Of a stretch of 64,000 nt of DNA, positions 47,744 to 57,800 are shown piece by piece. Below the pieces are notes generated by a model. It saw only the letters and a list, made by a program, of their open reading frames with translations, did no database searches and was not told where the DNA came from. This DNA is from an uncultured virus (IMG/VR IMGVR_UViG_3300029955_000023) (lineage: Duplodnaviria > Heunggongvirae > Uroviricota > Caudoviricetes), in IMG/VR virus record IMGVR_UViG_3300029955_000023; one strand, written 5' to 3'. The position numbers and the translations under genes are program-made. How positions within the stretch are numbered: the stretch's first letter is position 1; every line of letters starts with the position of its first letter.

Positions 47744-48334
47744 TCAGTCCTGCAACATGGTGTAAGTAAACACGAGATCTGTCGTGCTCGCGGGCGTCGG
47801 CGTGCCGGTCGTGACCGCACAAACGTAAAGATTGGTCGTCGGCGTCGTGTCGGCGTTCTTGACGGATTCGTTAACGCTCTGGCCAGATGTCGTCTGCGTC
47901 GTTCCCGCCGTCGCGGATGGCGTCAGCGTGATCGGGAAACCCGGCAGGAGGTTGGGGAGATCGGCCGAACTGAGCACAAAAGTTACGTGGTCGGTGCATG
48001 TCGAAGCTGGCGACTTGTTGAATACATAGATCGCCTCGGTGGCCGTCAGACCCCCCTTGGAGGCGATGCCGATATAATTCAAAATCCCGCTCGGCTGTAC
48101 GGGGGTGCGGAAAATAGATACTGTCTGCACGCCGCCGACCGCCATATTAGCCGTATAGGCGCTGTTCGTTACGGTCGGATTCGCGGAGATCGGACCGGCG
48201 TTGAGGCTGGCCGACGTGTAGCCCCCACCCGCAGGGCCAGAGCCTCCACCGCCGCTCGCGATTTGTGCGTCCGTACGTCCAGCGAAGATCGCGAACAGAA
48301 TCGCCGCGAGGACCAGCTTCGCTAAAGATTTCAT
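47744..48334 (-). CDS. Beta-rich protein with signal peptide
   Basis: MKSLAKLVLAAILFAIFAGRTDAQ; AGGAG RBS. Confidence 0.7.
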   Translation of the reverse strand: MKSLAKLVLAAILFAIFAGRTDAQIASGGGGSGPAGGGYTSASLNAGPISANPTVTNSAYTANMAVGGVQTVSIFRTPVQPSGILNYIGIASKGGLTATEAIYVFNKSPASTCTDHVTFVLSSADLPNLLPGFPITLTPSATAGTTQTTSGQSVNESVKNADTTPTTNLYVCAVTTGTPTPASTTDLVFTYTMLQD

Positions 48335-48428
48335 GCGTATCTCCTACTAGACGAAACAGAGGATGACGGCGAACGCCCACGCTCCGAGGATCGCGGCGGC
48401 GGTGTATCGCCGCCACGACATCGTAGGG

Positions 48429-48695
48429 TCACTTGCTTGGAGACGTCGGCGCATTGGCTTTCACCGCATCCGCTTTCAGCTTGTCGTTCTCCGCCTTGAG
48501 CGCGGCGTTCTCTTTCGCCAAGGCAATGATATCGTCAAATACATGTTGCTGCTGAGTGTTGAACGCCTGCCAATCCCGGTCGAGCGTCGAAAGAACCGTA
48601 GGCGGCGGAGTTGGCGTAGCCTGTTGCGCCCCGGCGGCGGCGGAATAGGCCATAGATCCTGCAAATATGGCGTTTTTTAATAGGGTGAGTTTCAT
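48429..48695 (-). CDS. Small exported coiled-coil protein (possible fibre chaperone)
   Basis: Signal-like ...SAAAGAQQ; LAKENAALKAENDKLK. Confidence 0.55.
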   Translation of the reverse strand: MKLTLLKNAIFAGSMAYSAAAGAQQATPTPPPTVLSTLDRDWQAFNTQQQHVFDDIIALAKENAALKAENDKLKADAVKANAPTSPSK

Positions 48696-48715
48696 TGCTG
48701 TTCTCTCAGGTGCGT

Positions 48716-51667
48716 TTAGTACACGACATTATACTGGTTGACGACGTTCGTCACCGTCCCGACATTAACCGCGTTCGTATATCCGTGCATATCATTTCCA
48801 ATGACAATCGCGGAAGTCCCGGCTCCGAGCGCCACGCCGCTCGCCGAACCGCCCGTCACGTCGGATGTGTTTCCCTGAATAACTGCTCGGGTAGTCGTCC
48901 CGAGGTTGGTATAGAACCCTCCGGCTGGCCCAAACTGATGATTCCCGATCATCGTCACGGTTGTCGTTGTCGCGCCGCTGGTGGTAGCATACGCATATCC
49001 GCCAACCGAGCCTGTAACGATGAAGTCGGTCAGCGTATTATTGCTCATTCGGTTATCTTGTGCGGTCCCCGTATTCACTATCATTGCCGTATCGACACCA
49101 TCGAATTGAGAATTGGCTAGTGTTACAGGGCCGTTGTCGGTAAAAGATCCACAACAGGCCGTGGCGAAGTCCTCTCCTATACCTTGGTTGTAGCCCCACG
49201 CCTGCTCGTTATCGAACAGTAGCCAGTCGCTATGCTGTACATACGCAACAAACCCGTTTAGAGCCACCCATCCGCGCAGATGGCTCGACGGCGACGAATC
49301 AGCATTCCACAACGCCCCTGAGTTCCAGTGGTTGTGGTCAATAGTGGTCCAGTCAACGATAAAGTTGATGTAGTAGCAGGCGTAGATGCACGAACCGTTG
49401 TTTCGCTGCACATGAAGTCGCCCGACGCCAGAACTAGCATACGACCCTGCTAGCCCCATCGACTCATAGGAATTTGCGAAGAAATTATCCGCGATTGTTT
49501 GGTTTACGTTTCCGATTGTTCCGTTCGAAGTAAACAATGCAATCGTCGGCCCATATACGGTCGGCGATGCCGATGCGGCGCTCTGGCTGGGGTACCAAAA
49601 CCCGCAGTTTCTCACCCCAGAATCATAGTCCAAAAGAATTGCTGCGTTCGTGTAAGCAACTGATCCAGAGCCCCACAATACCGCGAACACGGAACCTTTG
49701 CCGCCATACGCCATCGTGTTTGAGTCAAAAACGCTGCCGTTGTTGGCGCACTGTAGCGTAACGCCGGATTTCACTGTTACTTGGGATTTGAGATTGATGT
49801 AGCCCACACCCATCCAGACTACGCCGCCGCCTGCCGTGTTAGCGGTGTTTATAAATCCCTGCACACAACTCGCCTCGTCGCCGCTGCTCGTAGTTGTGCT
49901 GACAGCGCATGACGAAGCGTCGTAAACGTTAGTCAACCCGCCGCTCGTGATCGTGTTGCATCCGAACCCCGTCGAGGTCGTCCACGTTAGGGCGCTCGAT
50001 CCCGCCGAGCACGAGGGCATACTGACCGCGGTTGGCGACGCGGCCCCTGCCGTGGCGTTGGCGAGGACTGTATTCGCCGTCTGCGTGGCTAATTCCGCAA
50101 GCGTGATCGACGCTGACGGAAATGTCTGCGTCGCCAACCATGTATTGGCGTGACTGAGGTTGACGTTGATCGCCCCGGACGTGTTGGCGAGCGTCGTGCC
50201 GTCCGGCTTGACGCCACCGAGCACCGAGTTCGTCGCCGTGGGGAGAACATAGGCTGTCGCATAGGCCCCGGTTCCGAACGCCCCGCCCGCCGCCGAGGTC
50301 AAGCTCGACCCCGTGACGCCGCTCGCCAGCGTTGCGCCCGTCAGCGTCCCGGCGGCGGCCGCCACTGTACACGTCGATCCCAACGTGCAGCTTTGCCCGT
50401 TTACCGTTGTAGACGAGTAGACCAAATCCGCGTTGGTGACGAGCCCCGTCGCTGTAAACGTCGTGGTGACGGTGAAGCTAGGGGCGGTCAAACCGCTCGG
50501 CAGTGTCGTGGAGATCGACGGCGCGCCGCCAGAGGACGTGACTAGAACGCCGTTGTTCGCCGTCGCCAGCCCGGTAACGGTAGTCCCCGCCGTGCTATAG
50601 TAGGCGAGGTTGTTGGTCGATCCCGAGCTCACCGTGCCGCCGCCGCCGCCCGTCGTGCAGGCTCCCCCCGCATCCTGCACGCCCGTTGAGGACCATTGCA
50701 GGCAGTGCCCCGGCACAAGCGTTGGGGAATTGTTAGCGAGCACGATACCCGTCGAGGCGTTCGTGTTGACGCCGAGAGCCGGGGATACGCCTGTCCCGAG
50801 ATTTATCGATGTTCCCCACGCCGACCCGGTGCTAACCGCCACGCCTGCGCCTGGGTATATCATGCCTCCCCCACCAGAGCACGCGCCACCCGCGTCCTGC
50901 ACGCCCGTTGAGGACCATCGCAGGCAATCGCCAATAGTAGGCGAGCCGTTGACCAGCGTCATTCCTCCCGAGGCGTTCGTGTTGACGCCAATCGCCGTCG
51001 CGACGCCACTTCCAGGATTAATAAACGTCGGCGCGGAAACCCCGTTGAACTCTGGGATGCCAGCGGGGTTTGCCGTGCCTGTACCGCCGTTGATAGTGGG
51101 CAAAACAGCAACATCTTTGAGCAGCGTCCCTGTCGTGTTATTCCATATAGCGATGTCGCCCGCCGTAGTCGTGCCCGGTCCGACAATCCCTCCGGCTGCA
51201 AACGGGAAATTGTATGTCGTCCCGTTGTAAATAAAGGCTAAAGGTAATTGCAAGGCTCCGGCCGCCGCTCCAAAATCCAGAAGGCCGCCGCCCTGCGCAT
51301 TCGGGTCGAGACAGAGATAGTGATAGCCTGTCGGGTTATCCGTCGGTCCATCGAACATGCAGAAATGTTCGCCGAGTGGGCCATTGCCATTGCTGGCGTA
51401 TGGAGGCGTGTATGCGCCGTGACCCGCGCGCGAGGTAATCCCCAATTCGGCAGTATTGGCGCCCAATCCGCCGCCGCCCGCGCCGCCTGCATCCATTACG
51501 ATAGGTTGCGAAAATCCATCGCCGACATATTGCATTACGTGACCGGACGTTATCGGACCGGCTTGTAGGATAGTAGATTGGGCAAACGCCAAAGACGGAG
51601 CCAGCAGGGCCAGCGCCATCGAAATGGCTGACTTCCAAGGCGCGCGGCGGGCCAACCTGTTATTCAT
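48716..51667 (-). CDS. Tail fibre/tailspike with a C-terminal beta-helix (depolymerase-like)
   Basis: D..S.VQ.FIN.A...GGGVV...G entry motif and Asn-rich beta-helix repeats; N-terminal domain shared with 8295-10028. Confidence 0.8.
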   Translation of the reverse strand: MNNRLARRAPWKSAISMALALLAPSLAFAQSTILQAGPITSGHVMQYVGDGFSQPIVMDAGGAGGGGLGANTAELGITSRAGHGAYTPPYASNGNGPLGEHFCMFDGPTDNPTGYHYLCLDPNAQGGGLLDFGAAAGALQLPLAFIYNGTTYNFPFAAGGIVGPGTTTAGDIAIWNNTTGTLLKDVAVLPTINGGTGTANPAGIPEFNGVSAPTFINPGSGVATAIGVNTNASGGMTLVNGSPTIGDCLRWSSTGVQDAGGACSGGGGMIYPGAGVAVSTGSAWGTSINLGTGVSPALGVNTNASTGIVLANNSPTLVPGHCLQWSSTGVQDAGGACTTGGGGGTVSSGSTNNLAYYSTAGTTVTGLATANNGVLVTSSGGAPSISTTLPSGLTAPSFTVTTTFTATGLVTNADLVYSSTTVNGQSCTLGSTCTVAAAAGTLTGATLASGVTGSSLTSAAGGAFGTGAYATAYVLPTATNSVLGGVKPDGTTLANTSGAINVNLSHANTWLATQTFPSASITLAELATQTANTVLANATAGAASPTAVSMPSCSAGSSALTWTTSTGFGCNTITSGGLTNVYDASSCAVSTTTSSGDEASCVQGFINTANTAGGGVVWMGVGYINLKSQVTVKSGVTLQCANNGSVFDSNTMAYGGKGSVFAVLWGSGSVAYTNAAILLDYDSGVRNCGFWYPSQSAASASPTVYGPTIALFTSNGTIGNVNQTIADNFFANSYESMGLAGSYASSGVGRLHVQRNNGSCIYACYYINFIVDWTTIDHNHWNSGALWNADSSPSSHLRGWVALNGFVAYVQHSDWLLFDNEQAWGYNQGIGEDFATACCGSFTDNGPVTLANSQFDGVDTAMIVNTGTAQDNRMSNNTLTDFIVTGSVGGYAYATTSGATTTTVTMIGNHQFGPAGGFYTNLGTTTRAVIQGNTSDVTGGSASGVALGAGTSAIVIGNDMHGYTNAVNVGTVTNVVNQYNVVY

Positions 51668-51816
51668 TTAGGTTTCTCGTGAGACCTGAGGGAATGTTGC
51701 GCGCGACCTGACTCGTGCCCAATGGGCTTGCCTTTGAACTCGACGCGCTGGGGCTTGCGCGGCTTGGGCGGCGGTCGGACGGCTTGATGGGCCGGGCTGG
51801 CGGGCGCGTCGGTCAT
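51664..51816 (-). CDS. Small basic hypothetical protein
   Basis: MTDAPASPAH...; ATGA overlaps on both sides. Confidence 0.45.
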   Translation of the reverse strand: MTDAPASPAHQAVRPPPKPRKPQRVEFKGKPIGHESGRAQHSLRSHEKPK

Positions 51817-54800
51817 TGGCCGACCCCGAGCTTCGCCATTTTTTGCCGCGTCGCGTCGGCCATGATCTGTGGATATTTCATGAAAAGCACCCCGCGCGCC
51901 GCCTCGCGGCTGTGTTCGACGATGGCCTTGACCGCATCGACGCGGACGCCAACGGGCCATTGACGCCAATCCGGTGAACGCACGAACACGTCGAGGCGCT
52001 GTTTCGCCATCCGGCCGGCGATGCGCGCGAAGTCATCATACTGCTGGTCTGTCAATTGCACATTTCGGATGGTTCGATCAACGGGGGCTATCCCGATCCC
52101 AAGTTGCGCGAGCGATATGTTCACCGGGTCTTGGCTCATCCGCTGTTCGTAAATCGCGGTGGCCCCGGCGGCGATCAGCGCATCGCGCGACGGAATCGGC
52201 TGGCCCCAAATGTCGAGACGCGGAAACAGTTCTTCCGACATGCCGGGAGTTTTGGCGCGGATCGAGTCCATGACCGTGCGGGCCTGCCGAGAGTATGGGT
52301 CGCTTGCGCGCGCCATCTGCGCCATGCCGACGCTATACGGCACGAAAGACGATGCGAAATTCTGGATATAACGCTCGCCATAGCGGCCTGGGTCTTCAAC
52401 GGCCTGGATCAGTTCGGCCGGCCCGCGCATGAACGACTCGTCCAGCACGTTTTGCGTGACCGCGTGCTGCATCAGCGCGGCGGCCTGCAGCATGTCGCCG
52501 GTCGACGCCGTGTGCGCCACGTCGTACAGATCGGCTGACATGCCGAGCAGCATCCCGAGCGGCCCGAGCCGGTTCATCGCATACCAAGTGTCTCCGATCC
52601 GAACGGAATGCGGCTGGTTTCCGGCCATGCGCCACATCGCGGCCTTGTTGCGATCCATCGGGCCAGAGCCGCTCACGTAGCCACTGGCGGCGAGCGAGCC
52701 GAAGCCAATCGACAGCGCCGTGCCGACGATCATGCGGGCCTGCGCCATGTCCTGCGCGGCGACGCCGTTGCGGCCCATCAGGTCCGCGCGGATTTCCGAC
52801 GACAGCAGGCCGGCGGGCGTCCGCTGCACGATGGACTGGTCGATGATATTCGCCGCGATGTGGACGAACGGGTCGATAAACTTGAGGATCGGCGTCTCGC
52901 CGAGGCCGGGCAGATTCGGAGCCCAATTGGTCAGTTTCGATAGGTGCTCGACGAACTTGCCGGCAGGCCCCATGAGCGTGAGGTCCGTCGCCCCCTTCGT
53001 CGAGGCCGACATGATGTCATCGGGCGTGTTCAATCGCAATTGCGCGATCTTCGCCGCGTCGCCTTCGGCCTGCCGGTAGATCAGCGCCGATTTCTCGATG
53101 CTGTAATTCATGGCTCGAAAAAAGGTGTGGATAGATGCGATGGCGCGGCTCGGCGCGCGCGCAAGCTGCCCGATCGGGATCACGCCCCCTCGAACCCGGA
53201 CGTCGAAGATAGCGCCCATCGGCGAATACATCGGCGCGGCGGTGCGCTCGCCGGCCGGCGTCGCCTCAAGCACCTTGCCTATGGCGAGCGCGCCGTCGAG
53301 CACTCCACGAAACGCGCCGAAGATCGCCGCCTTGGCGTCCGCGCGCGTCGCGCCCTCGTTCAGCATCTTGCCGGCCAGCGGGAGCGCCTGCTCCGGCTGA
53401 TAGGGGAGGGCACGCACCTTGTCTTGGCCGGGAAGCCGCCCGGTCAGGCCGGTGCGGAAAGCGTCGGCCGCCGCTGTGACCGCCGGGATATAGCCAGACG
53501 CCGCGCCGCGTAGTCTGGCCGCCACCTCGCCGAAGCGGACTACGTTCGAAGTGTCGCGACCCATTGGGCCGCGCAGCGCGCCCAGCGCGGCGGCTGTGGT
53601 GGTTTCGAGCAAGCCCTTCTGCATCGACAGGATCATGTTGCCGATCACGTAGGTTGTATGCGTCGCCGGGCCGGAGATCAGCCCGTTGATCCAGTATTCC
53701 AGCAACATGCGACCGAACGAATGCTTCGCGGTCGCGTCGGTCAGATAGGCGATGGCTTCCGGCGTCTCGTAGGCCGCCAACAGCTTCATCTCCTGCGTCT
53801 TTTGGTAGAGCGTGCGGCCGGTCGCCGCGAGCATCACCTTGTCGATATCGCCCTGCATCATGCGGAAGATGTTGAGCGCGCGGCCCGCCTCCGCCGTCGC
53901 GCCCATGATCGACTTAAGCACCATGTCGAGCCGGGCCTGTTCGGTCGCGAACGCCAGCACGCCTTCCGGCGACTCATCCTTGAGCCGCGAGATGCGCCCT
54001 ACCTCGTTGGCTTGGTCGGTCAATAGCTCCTTGAGCGCCACGATCTGCTCGGCGTTCATCGCTCGCCCGCGCACCCAGCCATCGACCAAATCGGCCGCGC
54101 CAAACTTACCCATCGCCGCGGCTAGTTCCTGCGTTTGCGCCCACGTCGTCGGCGCGCGGCGGTCGCCGATGAAGTCGCCATTCGCCTCGGAGCGCGCCTT
54201 GATCGCCGCCCACACGTCGTCGGCGACGTTGATGTTGGCGCGCTTGAAATTGCCCGCCTTGTCTACGTAGGGGGATTCTCCGTCCCCGATGAGCCTGACG
54301 GGCCGGGGGGCGAGGGGGGCATCCCTAAGAGGGTCGCTAGATTCGGGTCGTCCGCTGGCGGAGCCTCCGGCGGTGGGCTTGCCGACTTCTGCCGGAGCTG
54401 CATTTCCGCCTGCGCGCTCCTGGCCGCCTGCGCCGCCCATGACGCCGCCGCCGGACTGAGCCCCGGCTTGGCCGCCACCGCCGACCATTTCTGGTAATCC
54501 GACGTCGCCGCGTCCAACTTCTCCTGCGGCGTCGCCTCCTGGTCCTGCTGCTGCGGCTTCGACTTCTTGGACGGCTTGGGCGATTTCATCGGCGATCTCC
54601 GTCGGCGGTTGAGCGTCGTCAAAATGCGGCCGCTCGGCCTCGACCCGGTCGGCCGCGCCGCTCGCGTGTTCGTGCGGCGTCTGCTCGGCGGCTTCCGCGT
54701 GGAGGTCGTCGAGGCCGCGCCCCGGTTCCGCGTGCGGCGCGATCACCGTAGCGCGATCTTTCGTCTCGTGCATGTATTCGAACACGCTGCGTAGCGCCGG

Positions 54801-57800
54801 ACTGATTTCTACGTTCAGGCCCTCCACCCGATCGTAGAGAGGGAGCATCCAGTCGCGGAACATCTTGAACACGCCGTCGAGCGCGCGCGTCGGCGCGGTT
54901 CCCTCGTAAAGCCAGCGCATGTAGCCGTTGGCGAACTTCTCGTGCGCCTTGGTCGAGATCACGTTGTCCGCGCCAACGCCTGTTTCGCGCTTGGCAACCT
55001 CCCACATATCGCGCATCCGTTGCGGCGCTTCAGGATGTGCGGCGTCGCGCTTGAGCATCTCGAAGAAATCGTGGCCGAGTTCGTGGATCGCCGTCGTCGC
55101 GTTGGCAATTTTCATCAACGTGATGATCGACCGCTGGCCGAGCCGCAAGAGGATGCGGCCGAACTGGCTCTGCTCAAGCTTGCGCTCGTCCTCATCTGGC
55201 TTCTCGGCTTCAATGGCCTGCGGAGCCTTTGACGGGTCTTTCGGCTTCAAGTCCTCCGTCAGCGCGGCCAGCTTCGCAGCCGCTTCGGCGTATTCCGCTT
55301 GGCGCGGCCATGTCGCCGCCGCTGCCTTCGACAGCGTGTCGTATTCTTTCTGGTTCCCCGCGATCTGCGCCTCGACGCGATCCGCCTGCGCCTTGATCTC
55401 CGCGAGCAACCCGGTGAACTTCGCCATCAGGCCGACCGGATCAGTCTCGCTGTTGATGATGAACTCGTTCGGGCTGGCGTAAAGGCTATTTCCCTCAAGC
55501 TGTAGCTTGCCGACGGTGATGATGTTTTCCTCTTGCGACGCGCCGCCGTAGGAATAGCTGCGCCTCAATTCGATGCTGGCCGGGAAGCCGCCAATCTCGC
55601 CGAAGTTAAGTGCGCGGGCGCTATGGCTCAATTGCGGAGCAATCCGCAGCACGCCGTCACGCACCTTCTCGCCGGCTGCTTTCCGGTCCGTGAGCGTGGT
55701 CCCGTCGCTCAACGTGATCTTGAACTTGTCGCCGCGAATGTCCTGCACGCGCTCGGAATCCTCTTTCGCAGGCGCAAGGTTCCGCTTCAATTCTTCAATG
55801 TGAGATTGCAGGCCCTTCACCTGCCACGTCGCACGCTGCTTGGTCTGGTCGAAACCGCGCTTTTGCGCCGTCAGTTGCCGCACCTGCCGCGTCAGTTCGG
55901 CGTGCTGCATGATGCGCGGGTCGCCGGAGGCCGCCGCCTTGAGCATCTCGGCCTCGGGCAACGGGTTGTCGATGTCCTCGGCGACGCGGACGCCCTTCGA
56001 TCCGCTGTTGACCTGCCCGATGAACTTCGCCTTGCGCTCTAAAAGCTGCCAGCGCGTCGCGTCCAGCGACCGTTCGGTGATGTAGCGCAGGATATGGACC
56101 TCTTTGTTGAGGTTGCCTTGGCGCAAAATGCGCCCATCGCGCTGTTCGATCTCCGCCGGCTTATGTGTCGGGTCCATGTGGTGCATGGCGATCAGGCGCT
56201 TCTGCGCGTTGGTGCCGACGCCCATCTTTTCCGTCGAGCCGATCAGCACGCGCGTCACGCCGTCATTCATGCGCGCGAATAGGGCGCGCTTCTTCTCATC
56301 GCTGTCGGCGTCGTGGATGAACTCGATCTCCTTGCGCGGGATACCTTCGGCCACAAGCCGCTGGCGCATGTCCTCGTAAAGATTGATCGGTGGCGGCTTC
56401 CCGGCCGCGCTCTCGTCCTTCGGGACCACGGTGCGCAGCGCCTTCTGCTCGGCCTTGGTCAGATCGCCCCACGAACGCTGCCAGTCGCGGTCCTCAATGT
56501 TCTTCGTCGATCCCGCCGCGCGCGCCCAATCCATGCGCTCGTCGCCGGTCACGGCGTCCCAAGTCGCGGCGTAGCCTTCATCGCTCTCGGCGACCCTGGC
56601 CTTGGGCGTGCCGCGATCCATGAACACCATCTGCGAGCGCGCGTTCGGATCGTCCTTGTAGCGGTCGTATATGTCTTTGATGTTCTTGACCGCGAGCGCG
56701 ATTTTGCCGTTCGGGTTGAACTCCATCGGCTTCGGCACCGCAAAGCCCATGATGTCGCCGTCGCGCAGCAAGCGCCCGTCGAGCGCGGCCTTGTTCCCGG
56801 CCCCCATGAGCGACAGCGTGTTGTCCTCGCCCTTCTCGCGCCGCAGGCCCTTGATCTCGGCGAGGCGCTCCACGATGCGCCGCACGGCGGCTTCCTCGTG
56901 CTCGGAAAGCTGCGCGGTGTGAACTTCGATCCCCGGCTTGCCGTCGCGCGTCATCAACGCCGGGCGTGGCAGGTTCAACTGCTCGGCCGATTGCGAGTCG
57001 GCGATCTCGGAATAGAGCGAGATCAACTCGGGAATGTTGACGAACTTCGAGAACGACGTGACGTCTTTGATCGACCTCCCGTCGGGAGCCATCTCGGGCT
57101 GCGTCACCACCTTGCCGAAGGTGTTGCCCCAAGCGTCGAACTTATCCAACCCGCGCTCTTTGAGCTTGTCGAGTTGCAGATAGCGCATCATGGTCCAAAG
57201 CTCGGCCATGCTGTTCGACATCGGCGTGCCGGTCGCGAAGATCGCCGAGCGCCCAGGCTTGCGCTGCTCGAGGTAGCGAATCTTCATAAACAAGTCCTCC
57301 GACCGCTGCGAGGCGGCGGAGGAAAGCCCGCGAATGTTCGAGTAGCGCGTCGGGAAGGCAAGGTTTTTGAACAGGTGCGCCTCATCGACGATCACTTGGT
57401 CAATGCCCGATTCCTCGAATGTCGTTCCCTCGTCCTTCACTTCGTCGTTCAACAGTTTTTGCAGTCGGGCGTTCATCTTCTCCATCGCGCTTTCAAGCTG
57501 CTTGACGGTGCGCGACTTCTTTGTTTCCCCCGCCGCACGATCCGCCGCCTGCTGCGCTTTAAGCGCTTCGCGATATTCCGCAAGCTGGTCTTGGATGAAT
57601 TGGCCTTGCGTTTCGCTCGATACGCCGATGCGTCCGAACGCGCTGTGCGTGAAGATCACGGCGTCCCAATCGTTCGAGGCGGTTTTGGCTACAAACGCGC
57701 GGCGCGCGTCGGGCGACATCTCGTCCTTGTTCGCCACTAGGATGTTGGCGTCAGGATAGGCCTGAATGAACTCGGTCGAGAATTGGTCGAGCATGTGGTT

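Noticed and set aside
8295..51667. Diversity-generating retroelement, as in BPP-1
   Set aside because: No reverse transcriptase ORF, and no adenine-specific TR/VR pair seen.
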